DNA of 64,000 nucleotides from Escherichia coli (GTDB lineage Bacteria; Pseudomonadota; Gammaproteobacteria; Enterobacterales; Enterobacteriaceae): NCBI RefSeq assembly GCF_029227855.1, contig NZ_CP074356.1; one strand, 5' to 3'. Shown piece by piece: positions 14,001 to 25,679 of this stretch (position 1 is its first letter; each line of letters starts with the position of its first letter). The notes under the pieces were generated by a model. It saw only the letters and a program-made list of their open reading frames with translations, ran no database searches and was not told where the DNA came from. The position numbers and the translations under genes were made by a program.

Positions 14001-15173
14001 ATGATTGATTATACCGCAGCCGGTTTTACCCTGCTGCAGGGAGCGCATTTGTATGCGCCGGAAGATCGGGGAATTTGCGATGTCCTCGTCGCTAACGGCA
14101 AAATTATCGCCGTTGCCAGTAATATCCCTTCTGACATTGTACCGGACTGCACGGTTGTCGATCTCAGCGGGCAGATCCTCTGCCCAGGTTTTATTGATCA
14201 ACACGTCCATTTGATTGGCGGTGGCGGCGAAGCAGGTCCCACGACGCGCACGCCGGAAGTGGCGTTAAGTCGTCTGACGGAAGCAGGCGTCACGTCAGTG
14301 GTTGGTCTGCTGGGCACCGACTCTATCTCTCGCCACCCGGAATCCCTGCTCGCCAAGACCCGTGCGCTCAATGAAGAAGGCATCAGCGCCTGGATGCTGA
14401 CCGGCGCTTATCATGTCCCTTCCCGCACTATTACGGGTTCCGTGGAAAAAGACGTGGCGATTATCGATCGCGTGATTGGCGTGAAATGCGCCATCTCTGA
14501 TCACCGTTCTGCCGCACCGGACGTTTATCACCTGGCTAATATGGCGGCGGAATCCCGCGTTGGCGGTTTGCTCGGCGGTAAACCTGGCGTCACCGTGTTC
14601 CACATGGGCGACAGCAAAAAGGCGTTACAGCCTGTCTATGACCTGCTGGAAAACTGCGATGTGCCGATTAGCAAGTTGCTGCCGACCCACGTTAACCGCA
14701 ACGTTCCGTTGTTTGAGCAGGCGCTGGAGTTCGCGCGCAAAGGCGGCACCATCGATATCACCAGCAGCATTGACGAACCAGTCGCCCCTGCCGAAGGTAT
14801 TGCCCGCGCCGTTCAGGCGGGTATTCCGCTGGCACGCGTCACCCTCAGCTCCGACGGCAACGGTAGCCAGCCGTTCTTCGATGACGAAGGGAATTTAACC
14901 CATATCGGTGTTGCCGGTTTTGAAACGTTGCTGGAAACCGTGCAGGTGCTGGTCAAAGATTATGATTTCAGTATCAGCGATGCCCTGCGCCCGCTCACCA
15001 GTAGCGTAGCCGGTTTCCTTAACCTGAGCGGGAAAGGCGAAATTCTGCCAGGCAATGACGCAGACTTACTGGTCATGACGCCAGAATTACGCATTGAGCA
15101 GGTATACGCTCGCGGCAAGCTGATGGTCAAAGACGGCAAAGCCTGCGTGAAAGGAACGTTTGAAACGGCATAA
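14001..15173 (+). CDS. iadA: Isoaspartyl dipeptidase IadA
   Basis: 390-aa amidohydrolase-fold ORF with HxH metal-binding motif (DQHVHLIGGGGE). Confidence 0.9.
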   Translation: MIDYTAAGFTLLQGAHLYAPEDRGICDVLVANGKIIAVASNIPSDIVPDCTVVDLSGQILCPGFIDQHVHLIGGGGEAGPTTRTPEVALSRLTEAGVTSVVGLLGTDSISRHPESLLAKTRALNEEGISAWMLTGAYHVPSRTITGSVEKDVAIIDRVIGVKCAISDHRSAAPDVYHLANMAAESRVGGLLGGKPGVTVFHMGDSKKALQPVYDLLENCDVPISKLLPTHVNRNVPLFEQALEFARKGGTIDITSSIDEPVAPAEGIARAVQAGIPLARVTLSSDGNGSQPFFDDEGNLTHIGVAGFETLLETVQVLVKDYDFSISDALRPLTSSVAGFLNLSGKGEILPGNDADLLVMTPELRIEQVYARGKLMVKDGKACVKGTFETA

Positions 15174-15237
15174 ACGGTTGTCAGCCGCCCGAATGGACGT
15201 AGAATGCCCGCAAGGGCGGCTGACAGAGTAAAACGTA

Positions 15238-16149
15238 ATGGATGACTGTGGTGCGGTTTTGCATAATATTGAAACTAAATGGCTTTATGATTTTCTGACC
15301 CTGGAAAAATGCCGCAATTTTTCCCAGGCAGCAGTCAGTCGCAACGTCTCGCAACCGGCATTCAGCCGCCGCATCCGTGCGCTGGAACAGGCGATTGGCG
15401 TTGAATTGTTTAACCGCCAGGTGACGCCGCTGCAACTCTCGGAACAAGGTAAAATATTCCATTCGCAGATCCGCCATCTGTTGCAACAGTTAGAGAGCAA
15501 CCTTGCAGAACTCCGTGGTGGCAGCGATTACGCGCAACGCAAAATTAAAATAGCCGCTGCACACTCTCTTTCCCTCGGGCTGTTACCGTCCATTATCAGC
15601 CAGATGCCGCCGCTCTTTACCTGGGCAATTGAAGCTATTGATGTCGATGAAGCGGTCGATAAACTGCGTGAAGGGCAAAGTGACTGTATTTTTTCCTTTC
15701 ACGACGAAGATTTGCTGGAAGCGCCGTTTGACCACATTCGCTTATTTGAATCTCAATTGTTCCCCGTTTGCGCCAGTGACGAACACGGAGAAGCACTTTT
15801 TAACCTCGCGCAGCCACACTTTCCGTTACTGAATTACAGCCGCAACTCCTACATGGGGCGATTGATTAATCGCACCCTGACGCGCCACAGTGAGTTAAGT
15901 TTCAGCACCTTTTTTGTCTCTTCGATGAGCGAGCTTTTAAAGCAGGTTGCCCTCGACGGCTGTGGGATTGCCTGGCTACCGGAATACGCCATCCAACAAG
16001 AAATTCGCAGCGGGCAGCTCGTTGTACTGAATCGGGACGAACTGGTGATCCCGATTCAGGCCTATGCATACCGGATGAATACCCGCATGAATCCAGTTGC
16101 CGAACGCTTCTGGCGTGAACTGCGCGAGCTGGAGATTGTGCTTAGCTGA
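15238..16149 (+). CDS. hypT: LysR-family transcriptional regulator HypT (YjiE)
   Basis: 303 aa; N-terminal LysR HTH ([30 protein letters not shown]). Confidence 0.85.
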   Translation: MDDCGAVLHNIETKWLYDFLTLEKCRNFSQAAVSRNVSQPAFSRRIRALEQAIGVELFNRQVTPLQLSEQGKIFHSQIRHLLQQLESNLAELRGGSDYAQRKIKIAAAHSLSLGLLPSIISQMPPLFTWAIEAIDVDEAVDKLREGQSDCIFSFHDEDLLEAPFDHIRLFESQLFPVCASDEHGEALFNLAQPHFPLLNYSRNSYMGRLINRTLTRHSELSFSTFFVSSMSELLKQVALDGCGIAWLPEYAIQQEIRSGQLVVLNRDELVIPIQAYAYRMNTRMNPVAERFWRELRELEIVLS

Positions 16150-16534
16150 CATTCTCCAGCGTCGCACTGCGCCAACCGCCATTATCCCAGACCAGATCAA
16201 ACGTTAGCGATTCATCGTCGTGATACAGCATTATCTCAAGGCTGATCGCCAGAGTGTGGCAGTACGCTTCTTTCAAATTAACCTGCAACGCCGCAATCCG
16301 TGGCTCATGAAATAACAGTGCAGAACGCAGCTGACGGCAATACCAGCTCTGGAGATGTTTGTCGCTCGGGTTATGCACTTGCCACTCGGGCATGCCTGAA
16401 ACAAGTAATGACGGTAATGCCGAATGAGGAGAATTAAAAAGAGTGAGGAGATCGCTGCATACTGATTTACGCAGCGGTGACGTTTTATTGCCTGAAATTT
16501 CAGGTAAAACAGCCTGAAGTGATTGGCGCATCAT
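16142..16534 (-). CDS. iraD: Anti-adaptor protein IraD
   Basis: [24 protein letters not shown]... ~130 aa; 3' end overlaps hypT stop on the opposite strand. Confidence 0.8.
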   Translation of the reverse strand: MMRQSLQAVLPEISGNKTSPLRKSVCSDLLTLFNSPHSALPSLLVSGMPEWQVHNPSDKHLQSWYCRQLRSALLFHEPRIAALQVNLKEAYCHTLAISLEIMLYHDDESLTFDLVWDNGGWRSATLENVS

Positions 16535-17316
16535 TTTGCGCACTCCTGACGTTTAGCAACATATGCGGCTTGCCCTGAACACCGGGCACCACTGTATTGA
16601 TGCTCATTTTCCATAGCCATTCCCTTTTGTTCATTACATCCATGTCAGTCTGAGACAGGCCTGAATCCTGTCAGCAAAGTATAAAACCTTACTTGCCTAT
16701 GAATATCTACTGACTTTTCAGGAAAAAAGTCATGATTTGATAAAAATCATCAAACTCAAAAAAAAACCGCTAGTATATTCTGAATATTCCGAATAGTTAC
16801 GTAGATGAAAATACTTGTCACCACCGCTACTTAATTCCGGTGGGAAATTATTTATTTCCGCATAATCAGCTATGTATTATTTAAAACAATTAGTTTGTAA
16901 ATAATATAAATTGATAACATATCAAATACATCAAAAATACCATTCACAGGCATTATTAATATAGACATCAATATAGCAACATCAAATTCCAATTAGTAAT
17001 AAGATATGCTTTTAAATTGCATGCAAATAATTTTAAATGAGCGTTTTTTGATACTTTAGAGTGTTTCCCACCATTTAATATCACTGTGTAGAGTTGATAT
17101 CACTACAACAGAAACATGCATGTCATTTGTTTACTTCTCTTTTTACTACAGAAAAATTTATCTATTTTTCTAAGCATCAGTGAAATACTCATAAAGGTAA
17201 CTATTATGTCTATGCCATTAAGCAATGCCCTTCAGAGTTAAATTATTACAGATAATCACTTCCTTCATCATCCAAAAGTCGACAGTGAGTTAACACGTAA
17301 ACATGAACGTGCACGC

Positions 17317-17895
17317 ATGGATACGGAAAATATCTATCTTCCGCCTCTTGCTCGTGGCAATAACCATAATTACGATGGAAAAAGCGTTGTCGAAATTAGA
17401 AAACTTGATATTAGTAAAGAGTCCTGGCCATTTAATTATGTGACAGAAACATGCAGAGAATTCAATGGTATTACAACAACAGGACGTATGCTCTATCGAA
17501 ACTTGAAAATCACCTCAGCTTTAGACGAAATATATGGTGGTATATGTAAAAAGGCGCATGCTGCCACAGAGTTAGCAAAAGGATTACGGCTAAATTTATT
17601 TATGAAAGGCCCTTTCGATCCTGTTGAGGACTATACAGTTCATGAAATAACATTAGGCCCTGGTTGCAATGTTCCTGGTTATGCCGGAACCACGATAGGA
17701 TATATTTCAACCCTTCCAGCTTCTCAGGCAAAAAGATGGACCAATGAGCAGCCAAGGATTGATATCTATATTGATCAGATAATGACGGTAACAGGGGTAG
17801 CAAATTCTTCCGGATTCGCCCTTGCCGCATTACTTAATGCTAATATTGAGTTGGGTAATGACCCAATAATTGGTATAGAAGCCTATCCCGGGTGA
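17317..17895 (+). CDS. yjiC: Hypothetical protein in the yjiC position
   Basis: 192-aa ORF downstream of a long AT-rich noncoding stretch; symbol assigned by synteny (between iraD and uxuR) only. Confidence 0.5.
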   Translation: MDTENIYLPPLARGNNHNYDGKSVVEIRKLDISKESWPFNYVTETCREFNGITTTGRMLYRNLKITSALDEIYGGICKKAHAATELAKGLRLNLFMKGPFDPVEDYTVHEITLGPGCNVPGYAGTTIGYISTLPASQAKRWTNEQPRIDIYIDQIMTVTGVANSSGFALAALLNANIELGNDPIIGIEAYPG

Positions 17896-18132
17896 TGAAA
17901 ATGCACCACTCAAACGTATGACTCTGCAACCGTCATCTCTTCCAGAACTGTTTGAATTAAAAAATGGTGAATGGAATTATATTGGTAAATAACTACCAGG
18001 AAGAATGAGTACTAACATTCAGGTTATACAGATAGCTAAACAATCCCCTGCAATTTACAAAGTAATACTCATTGCGACTTCTTAATTTAAGAAAGCGCAA
18101 GGAACGTTTACCCTTGCGCTTATTATAATAAG

Positions 18133-18906
18133 TCAGGCGTCGCCTTTATCCAGCGGCCATGAATCAAACAGATAGCCATCAAAATAAATATCGTCAACGT
18201 TCGAGAATTCCAGCAGACGTTGCTTAACGTTTTCCAGATGCTGCCACATTGCCAGCTTCGCCGCTCGGGCATCTTTTTTGATTAACGCGGCGAGGATCTG
18301 TTTGTGATCGCCCAACCACTCTTTGCGATACAGGCTGTCATCCAGATGGCTGTGCAACTGGATCCACATTGGATTGTTTTCCCGCCACTGCCAGGACTGA
18401 CGGAACAGCTCCACCAGCATGCTGTTATGCGTTGCTTCGGCAATAGCGAGATGGAACTGCATGTCACCGCTTTCGCTGCTGCCCGGCGCACTGGAAGCCA
18501 GTTCACGCTCTTCCAGTTGCAATGCCTGACGCATTTTGACGATATCTTCGCGGGTAGCCTGCAGGGCGGCAAACTCGGCGATGTTGCTCTCAAGAAGCTG
18601 TCGCGCCTGCAACAGCTCAAAAGGACCCGCATCATTGCAAACGTTGGCATCCGGACTGTCTGTGTTGTGGCTGCCTGAGCTATCAAGAACATAGATACCG
18701 GCACCCCGGCGCACTTCCACCAGCCCTTTGATCTCCAGCATGATCAGCGCTTCACGTACCACCGTCCGCGTGACATCAAGCATTTCTGCAATTTCACGCT
18801 CCGGCGGCAACCGTTCGCCAGGATTGTACGGCGTCTTTATGATCAGATCGCGGATCATCGCCCCGACTTCCTGGTAAGGTCTTTGCGCAGAGGTGGCAGA
18901 TTTCAT
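18133..18906 (-). CDS. uxuR: GntR-family repressor UxuR
   Basis: 257 aa with GntR HTH and FCD domain. Confidence 0.9.
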   Translation of the reverse strand: MKSATSAQRPYQEVGAMIRDLIIKTPYNPGERLPPEREIAEMLDVTRTVVREALIMLEIKGLVEVRRGAGIYVLDSSGSHNTDSPDANVCNDAGPFELLQARQLLESNIAEFAALQATREDIVKMRQALQLEERELASSAPGSSESGDMQFHLAIAEATHNSMLVELFRQSWQWRENNPMWIQLHSHLDDSLYRKEWLGDHKQILAALIKKDARAAKLAMWQHLENVKQRLLEFSNVDDIYFDGYLFDSWPLDKGDA

Positions 18907-18943
18907 GGTGTTGTGTCCGTTAGGTGCGGTTAATCAAATTTTT

Positions 18944-18978
18944 GCCGGATGCGGCGTGAACGCCTTATCCGGCCTACA
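18944..18978. repeat. REP (repetitive extragenic palindromic) element
   Basis: gccggatgcggcgtgaacgccttatccggcctaca matches the REP consensus; lies between uxuR and uxuB. Confidence 0.6.
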
Positions 18979-19120
18979 ACGGGCAATTTTACGGCACCCG
19001 TTAATCTCAAACTATACCATTAGCACTGGAAGTTGGCACGTACAGGTGGGCAAAAAAACGAAAACTGGTCAACCAAATATCAGTTTGATTGACCAGTAAG
19101 TCTGTAGGGTAATCAGTTAG

Positions 19121-20581
19121 TTACAGCGCAGCCACACACTCGCGCGCACCGCGTTCGCACAGCTGCTGATATGCCGCCGTCACCGCGCCAACAAAGTCGG
19201 CATTCTGCGGCAGATCATCGGCAAAAATACCGCTCAGGCCCAGCAGCGCTTTCACGCGGTCTGCGCCCTGATACTGCGCGTTAATCTTCTGGAACTCGGC
19301 CAGCATCGGGTCGACCACGTCAATGGCATTACCCTGCTCATCCACGCCCTGGGTGTAACGCATCCAGCCAGCCACGCCCAGCGCCAGGTGACGCCAGCTG
19401 CCGCCGTTTTGCAGGTGCAGACGCACCGGATCCAGCAGACGCTGCGGTAACTTCTGGCTGCCGTCCATCGCAATCTGCCAGGTACGGTGACGCAGAGACG
19501 GGTTGCTGAAACGCTCGATCAGCAGCGTCGCATAGGCGTTCAGGTCCGTACCTTCCGGCATCGACAGCGTTGGCGCTTGTTCCTGCATCATCAGGGCAAA
19601 GGCCGCTTTGCGATAATCCGGGTTAGTCATGGTGTCGGCAATAGTTTCATAGCCGCCGAGGTAACCGAGGTATGCCAGGAAAGAGTGGCTGCCGTTCAGC
19701 ATACGCAGCTTCATCATTTCGAACGGCACAACGTCTGCAACGAACTGTGCGCCCACTTTATCCCAGTCCGGACGACCATTAACGAAGTTATCTTCAATCA
19801 CCCACTGACGGAACGGTTCGCAGGCAATGGCGCACGGGTCATAAACACCCAGCTGGTCAGCAATTTCCTGTAAGGTTTCTGGCGTCGCCGCCGGAACGAT
19901 GCGGTCAACCATGGTGCACGGGAAGGTGACGTTCTCTTCAATCCATGCCGCCAGCTGCGGGTCACGCGCCTGAGCCAGCCCCAGTACCGCGACCTTCGCC
20001 ACATGACCGTTTTCACGCACGTTATCGCAGGACATCACCGTAAACGCTTTCAGCCCTTTTTCACGACGCAGACGCAGGGCTTCGACGATGTAACCAATCG
20101 CAGACTTCGGCGCAGTCGGGTTTTCCAGATCGTGCTTGATCAGCGGGTTATTGAGATCCAACTGACCGCTTGCCGCATCAGCGCAGTAGCCTTTTTCCGT
20201 GACCGTCAGAGAGACAATCGCCGTCTGCGGACGCGCCATCGCGTTGAGAATACCTTCGCAGCCGTCGATTTCCGGATGCAGCGCTTCTTTCATCGAACCG
20301 ATAATTTTCAGTTCGGTGCTTTCCGCGCCTTTTTCCGCCACGGTGTACAGCAGTTGCTGTTTTTTCAGGTTTTCAATCAGCACACGGTCGTTACCTGGCA
20401 TCAGGTTAACTTCGCAGATACCCCAGTCGCTGTCGGTACTTTCCAGCAGATGATGGGTATACAGCGCCTGGTGCGCGCGGTGAAACGCCCCGCAACCGAG
20501 ATGCACAATGCGTGATTCCAGACGAGAATGCACCCATGACGGGCGGGCAACCGGCAGATTGCTGTCAACAATAGTAGTCAT
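19121..20581 (-). CDS. uxuB: D-mannonate oxidoreductase UxuB
   Basis: 486-aa ORF MTTIVDSNLPVARPSWVHSRLESRIVHLGCGAFHRAHQ...; mannitol dehydrogenase family. Confidence 0.9.
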   Translation of the reverse strand: MTTIVDSNLPVARPSWVHSRLESRIVHLGCGAFHRAHQALYTHHLLESTDSDWGICEVNLMPGNDRVLIENLKKQQLLYTVAEKGAESTELKIIGSMKEALHPEIDGCEGILNAMARPQTAIVSLTVTEKGYCADAASGQLDLNNPLIKHDLENPTAPKSAIGYIVEALRLRREKGLKAFTVMSCDNVRENGHVAKVAVLGLAQARDPQLAAWIEENVTFPCTMVDRIVPAATPETLQEIADQLGVYDPCAIACEPFRQWVIEDNFVNGRPDWDKVGAQFVADVVPFEMMKLRMLNGSHSFLAYLGYLGGYETIADTMTNPDYRKAAFALMMQEQAPTLSMPEGTDLNAYATLLIERFSNPSLRHRTWQIAMDGSQKLPQRLLDPVRLHLQNGGSWRHLALGVAGWMRYTQGVDEQGNAIDVVDPMLAEFQKINAQYQGADRVKALLGLSGIFADDLPQNADFVGAVTAAYQQLCERGARECVAAL

Positions 20582-20661
20582 CGTAAACTCCAGAATCCGT
20601 CTTCAGAGAGTGACGGCAAGGAAGAAGGAACCGGCACGGCGCGCAGCCATGCCGGTGGATA

Positions 20662-21846
20662 TTAACGGCTAAAGAAAGCGCGCTGGATCGCCAGTTCGAC
20701 ACCGCGAACTTCGGCCAGGCCTTTCAGACGACCAATTGCGGAGTAACCTGGGTTAGTTTTCTTCTTCAGGTCGTCCAGCATCTGATGACCGTGGTCCGGA
20801 CGCATCGGGATCAGGTCTTCTTTGCCTTCCGCTTTACGACGGTGTTCTTCTTCAACAATCGCTTTCACCACTTCGTACATATCAACGTCACCGTTCAGGT
20901 GCGCCGCTTCGTGGAAGGTTTTCGGGTTATCTTCACGCATGGTGGAGCGCAGATGGGTGAAGTAAATACGCGGACCGAACTGCTTGATCATATCAACCAG
21001 ATCGTTGTCAGCACGCACGCCGTAGGAACCGGTGCACATGGTGAAACCGTTCGCCATGCTATTTACGGTATCAACCATCCACTGCATATCTTCAATGGTA
21101 GAAACAATGCGCGGCAGGCCGAGGATTGGGCGCGGCGGATCGTCCGGGTGAACAGCCATACGCACGCCAACTTCTTCGGCAACCGGAATAATCGCCTTCA
21201 GGAAGACGGCAAAGTTTTCGCGCAGTTTGGCTTTGTCGATATCTTTGTACAGCTCCAGGTGCTTACGGAACTGGTCGAGGGTGTACCCTTCTTCCGCGCC
21301 CGGCAGACCGGCAATGATGTTACGGGTCAGACGCGCTTTGTCTTCGTCGCTCATAGTGGCGAAGCGTTCAGCTGCCTGAGCAATTTCTTCTTCGGTGTAA
21401 TCCGCTTCCGCACCTGGGCGTTTCAGGATATGCATTTCGAATGCAGCGAATTCGATCTGGTCGAAGCGCAGAGCTTTGGAGCCGTCTGGCAGCACGTATT
21501 CGAGGTCAGTACGGGTCCAGTCGAGCACCGGCATGAAGTTGTAGCACACGGTGCGAATACCGCACTGCGCCAGGTTGCGCAGAGTCTGCTGATAGTTAGC
21601 GATCCACTGCTCATAGTTGCCAGTGTGGGTTTTGATATCTTCGTGAATTGGCACGCTTTCTACGACAGACCACACCAGGCCTGCATCTTCAACGATAGCC
21701 TTGCGTTTGAGGATCTCTTCTACGGACCATACTTCACCGTTCGGGATATGGTGCAAAGCGGTAACCACGCCAGTCGCGCCCGCCTGACGGACATCAGCTA
21801 AAGAAACCGGATCGTTTGGGCCGTACCAGCGCCAGGTCTGTTCCAT
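20662..21846 (-). CDS. uxuA: D-mannonate dehydratase UxuA
   Basis: 394 aa from [28 protein letters not shown]. Confidence 0.9.
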
Positions 21847-21882
21847 GATTTTTCCTCTTTCACATAGTGGGTTCCACAGCAA

Positions 21883-22185
21883 AGAGACGCGGAACCCTGG
21901 AGTTGTTTAGGTATCCGGATGAACAACCAGACCGCAGCCGTGGCGTTGCATCGGATGAGATGGCGTATAAGTTCTACCTTTTGGTAAGACATGTCAACCC
22001 GAATTCTGAAATTGGTTAACCACATCACAAGAATTTCACTCTCCTGGTTGTTGCTGCAAATTGCAGCAAAAGGTAATCGATGGTTATTGATCAGAGGATG
22101 TGACATTCATCGCAACAATGGTTGACCAATTTACATAACATATCGCCCAAAATAACAACGGTTCAACCAGGTAAGGTAAAACGTT
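21883..22185. promoter_or_regulatory. Divergent uxuA / gntP promoter-operator region
   Basis: Intergenic region between divergently transcribed uxuA and gntP; position only, individual sites not delineated. Confidence 0.4.
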
Positions 22186-23529
22186 ATGCATGTGCTTAAC
22201 ATTCTCTGGGTGGTATTCGGCATTGGTCTGATGCTGGTACTGAATTTGAAGTTCAAAATCAATTCAATGGTGGCCTTGTTGGTGGCGGCGCTGTCCGTCG
22301 GGATGCTGGCGGGCATGGATTTGATGTCGCTGCTGCACACCATGAAAGCGGGCTTCGGCAACACGCTGGGGGAACTGGCTATCATCGTGGTGTTCGGTGC
22401 GGTCATCGGTAAATTGATGGTCGACTCCGGCGCGGCTCACCAGATAGCGCATACGCTGCTGGCACGTCTCGGTCTGCGTTATGTACAGCTGTCGGTGATT
22501 ATCATCGGCCTGATTTTCGGTCTGGCGATGTTCTATGAAGTGGCCTTTATCATGTTAGCACCGCTGGTTATTGTTATTGCCGCCGAAGCTAAAATTCCGT
22601 TCCTGAAACTGGCGATCCCGGCAGTAGCAGCTGCCACTACCGCACATTCACTGTTCCCACCGCAGCCGGGTCCGGTGGCGCTGGTGAATGCTTATGGCGC
22701 GGATATGGGGATGGTTTATATCTATGGCGTACTGGTGACGATCCCAAGTGTCATCTGCGCAGGTCTGATCCTGCCGAAGTTCCTCGGCAATCTTGAGCGC
22801 CCAACGCCATCATTCCTGAAAGCAGATCAACCGGTAGATATGAATAATCTGCCCTCTTTCGGCGTTTCGATTCTGGTGCCGTTGATCCCGGCGATCATTA
22901 TGATCTCTACCACCATCGCCAATATCTGGCTGGTAAAAGATACCCCTGCGTGGGAAGTGGTTAACTTTATCGGTTCCTCGCCGATTGCAATGTTTATTGC
23001 GATGGTGGTTGCATTCGTACTCTTTGGCACCGCGCGCGGGCACGATATGCAGTGGGTAATGAACGCTTTTGAAAGCGCGGTGAAAAGCATTGCAATGGTG
23101 ATTCTGATCATCGGTGCAGGTGGCGTGCTGAAGCAGACCATCATCGACACCGGCATCGGCGACACCATCGGCATGCTGATGTCCCACGGCAATATCTCGC
23201 CCTACATCATGGCATGGCTGATCACCGTACTGATTCGTCTGGCGACGGGTCAGGGTGTGGTTTCAGCGATGACCGCCGCCGGGATTATCAGTGCAGCAAT
23301 CCTTGATCCAGCAACTGGTCAGCTGGTTGGCGTGAATCCGGCGCTGCTGGTACTGGCGACGGCTGCGGGTTCCAACACCCTCACCCACATTAACGATGCC
23401 TCATTCTGGTTGTTCAAAGGTTACTTTGACCTGTCAGTAAAAGACACGTTGAAAACCTGGGGTCTGCTGGAGCTGGTCAACTCCGTGGTTGGGCTGATTA
23501 TTGTGCTGATTATTAGCATGGTAGCGTAA
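22186..23529 (+). CDS. gntP: Fructuronate/gluconate transporter GntP
   Basis: 447-aa GntP-family permease. Confidence 0.9.
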
Positions 23530-23594
23530 AAGAGCACCTGAGCCTGCCATTGGCAGGCTCTGTTCGGATTGTCGGTAAAGTGCGCTTTGTTTAT

Positions 23595-23630
23595 GCCAGA
23601 TGCGACGCTGACGCGTCTTATCTGGCCTAC
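23595..23630. repeat. REP element downstream of gntP
   Basis: gccagatgcgacgctgacgcgtcttatctggcctac, REP-like palindrome. Confidence 0.55.
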
Positions 23631-23701
23631 AAAGGGCTAACGTGCAGGTTTTAGCTTCAGGTAATATTGCGTACCTGCATTAGCAATGCCCTGTGATTTC
23701 T

Positions 23702-24604
23702 TTATTGATAAACAAAAGTCACGGCAATAATCGATTGCACATTCCCTGCAGTCACCTGCCCTCCGGTACGTGCGTAATTTGCCGTTAATCCCAGACTTAC
23801 CGCCGAAGTCCCTACTGCTCCTAACGATACCGTGTTATTCGCTGGAATAATCGTACCGTTGCGCGTCAACTGTACGCCGACGCCCTGTGCAGGTGAAAAC
23901 GACGCGGTATTGGTGAAAATCGAGTTGCCCGCATCTGCGGTTGTGCCGGAGAGGTAATACCCCAGGTTTTGGCTTTTCGCACAATAAACGGTAAGAGGAA
24001 TCGGCACTGAACCAGGGTAGTCCGGCAGAGTAACGGTGACATCACGAGCAGAAACATCGCAGCCGCCAGTGGGCACCACCACATCATTATTGGCGTAAAT
24101 ATTCCACACAAACTGGAAATCATCGCTGTTATAGTTGTTGGTCTGTCGCAAAATAAGCACGGCAATTAATGAGCCAGCTTTAATCACCACCACGCCCGCA
24201 CTGCTCACAGGCGTCAAATAAAGCGCCACCGGCCACGGCTTATCCGTTCTCGAATTATAAACAACCCGCGGCGTTTCACTGGTGGTCGGAAATGGATAGC
24301 TACTGCCACTATATTTTACGGTCCCGGAAAAATTAGATAACACGCCGCCATAAGCCGAGCCTCGTTGCAGTGTGACATAATCTGTAATGGTTTCCGGGTA
24401 ATCGTTATGGCAAAAGATTTGCGTCGAAAGATCCACGACCAGGTTTTGCCCCACATTCACGGCGGGCGCAAGGTTTACATAAACATTGGCGCTGCCACCG
24501 CCAATAGGGATAGCGGTGCCATTGGCGGTTTTACAGGCGAATGACCAGGCATTTACCGACCAGCCCATCAGCAGTACAGCAAACAGGTTAATAACTCGTT
24601 TCAT
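23702..24604 (-). CDS. fimH: Type 1 fimbrial adhesin FimH
   Basis: MKRVINLFAVLLMGWSVNAWSFACKTANGTAIPIGGGSANVYVNLAP... 300 aa. Confidence 0.9.
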   Translation of the reverse strand: MKRVINLFAVLLMGWSVNAWSFACKTANGTAIPIGGGSANVYVNLAPAVNVGQNLVVDLSTQIFCHNDYPETITDYVTLQRGSAYGGVLSNFSGTVKYSGSSYPFPTTSETPRVVYNSRTDKPWPVALYLTPVSSAGVVVIKAGSLIAVLILRQTNNYNSDDFQFVWNIYANNDVVVPTGGCDVSARDVTVTLPDYPGSVPIPLTVYCAKSQNLGYYLSGTTADAGNSIFTNTASFSPAQGVGVQLTRNGTIIPANNTVSLGAVGTSAVSLGLTANYARTGGQVTAGNVQSIIAVTFVYQ

Positions 24605-24623
24605 TACAATCATCTCTTCGGCT

Positions 24624-25127
24624 TCAGCTGTAGGTATAGGTGATGCTAATCACTGCCTGAATGGTTCCCTGAGTGGCTCCGCCATTTACCGTCAATGCTC
24701 TGACCTGTAACGGGAAGTGCGCTGATTGTGAGGAATCATCCACCTGAACTGTTTTGGTTGCGCCACTATTCAATGTGTTGCCACTGTCATCCTGTAGCTC
24801 TAACTGGATGTTTTGCGCGGTCCCCTGGTTTTTATAATATCCGGTACTGTCGGCTGCCCCGCTGAAGCTGGCAGTGACCCTCGACGTTCCCACCGGACAA
24901 TTAGTCAACTCAAGCGCAACATCATGCCAGGCCGATGCCGCCCCGGCAGACATCAGACTGAAAGAATAAAGATCGCCGAGATCTACCGTGGCATTGGTGG
25001 TGGAAACCGTGCACGGTTTGGCGACGACCTTACCGTTCACCGTGATGGTGACATCGGCTGCCTGTATCGTCGCACTTGCGAGCGCCAATATTGCCGCCAA
25101 TACATACCCACGTTTGCACCATTTCAT
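24624..25127 (-). CDS. fimG: Type 1 fimbrial minor subunit FimG
   Basis: MKWCKRGYVLAAILALASATIQAADVTITVNGKVVAKPCTV... Confidence 0.9.
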   Translation of the reverse strand: MKWCKRGYVLAAILALASATIQAADVTITVNGKVVAKPCTVSTTNATVDLGDLYSFSLMSAGAASAWHDVALELTNCPVGTSRVTASFSGAADSTGYYKNQGTAQNIQLELQDDSGNTLNSGATKTVQVDDSSQSAHFPLQVRALTVNGGATQGTIQAVISITYTYS

Positions 25128-25139
25128 GAGCATCTCCAG

Positions 25140-25670
25140 TTACTGATATTCAAGAGTGAAGGTAGCCGTGGCATTGATATGCCCCGCAGTGACAGGCACC
25201 TGTGTCGCCATTAGCCGGGCGTAAAAATTCAGCGTATTTGGTTTACCCGGCGTCAGGGTCGTCCACGAAATCGCGGACGATGGGGCATTAATGGGTATCT
25301 GATTTTGTTGCTCATTCAGAAGCTGTATTCCCAGTCCCGCAGCCGCTGACACCGTATTTTCAAGTGCAAGCAGGTTGGCATTGTGGCTATCTGCAACACC
25401 GGTAAACCCAACTTTTACGGCAGAAACGGCATTACCACAGGGTGACAGCAAAATACGAAATGGAACGACAGGAGTCGTCGCGCCAATGTTGTTAAATTGC
25501 TTCGCCGCGTTTTCCATCAGATCAACAGTAAAATTGGTTGATTCAGCGGCCACACTACAGCCGTTATCTCTGACATAGCCGCGGATAGTAATCGTGCTAT
25601 CCGCAGCCAAAGCGTGACTTACCGCCAGCCACAAAAAAGCGCACAGAAGATAAAAAGGTTTGTTTCTCAT
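25140..25670 (-). CDS. fimF: Type 1 fimbrial minor subunit FimF
   Basis: [33 protein letters not shown]... Confidence 0.9.
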   Translation of the reverse strand: MRNKPFYLLCAFLWLAVSHALAADSTITIRGYVRDNGCSVAAESTNFTVDLMENAAKQFNNIGATTPVVPFRILLSPCGNAVSAVKVGFTGVADSHNANLLALENTVSAAAGLGIQLLNEQQNQIPINAPSSAISWTTLTPGKPNTLNFYARLMATQVPVTAGHINATATFTLEYQ

Positions 25671-25679
25671 CACGCCCCC

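Noticed and set aside
20785-21801. 338-aa ORF on the plus strand inside uxuA
   Set aside because: Antisense to uxuA, no start context, compositionally biased; artefact.
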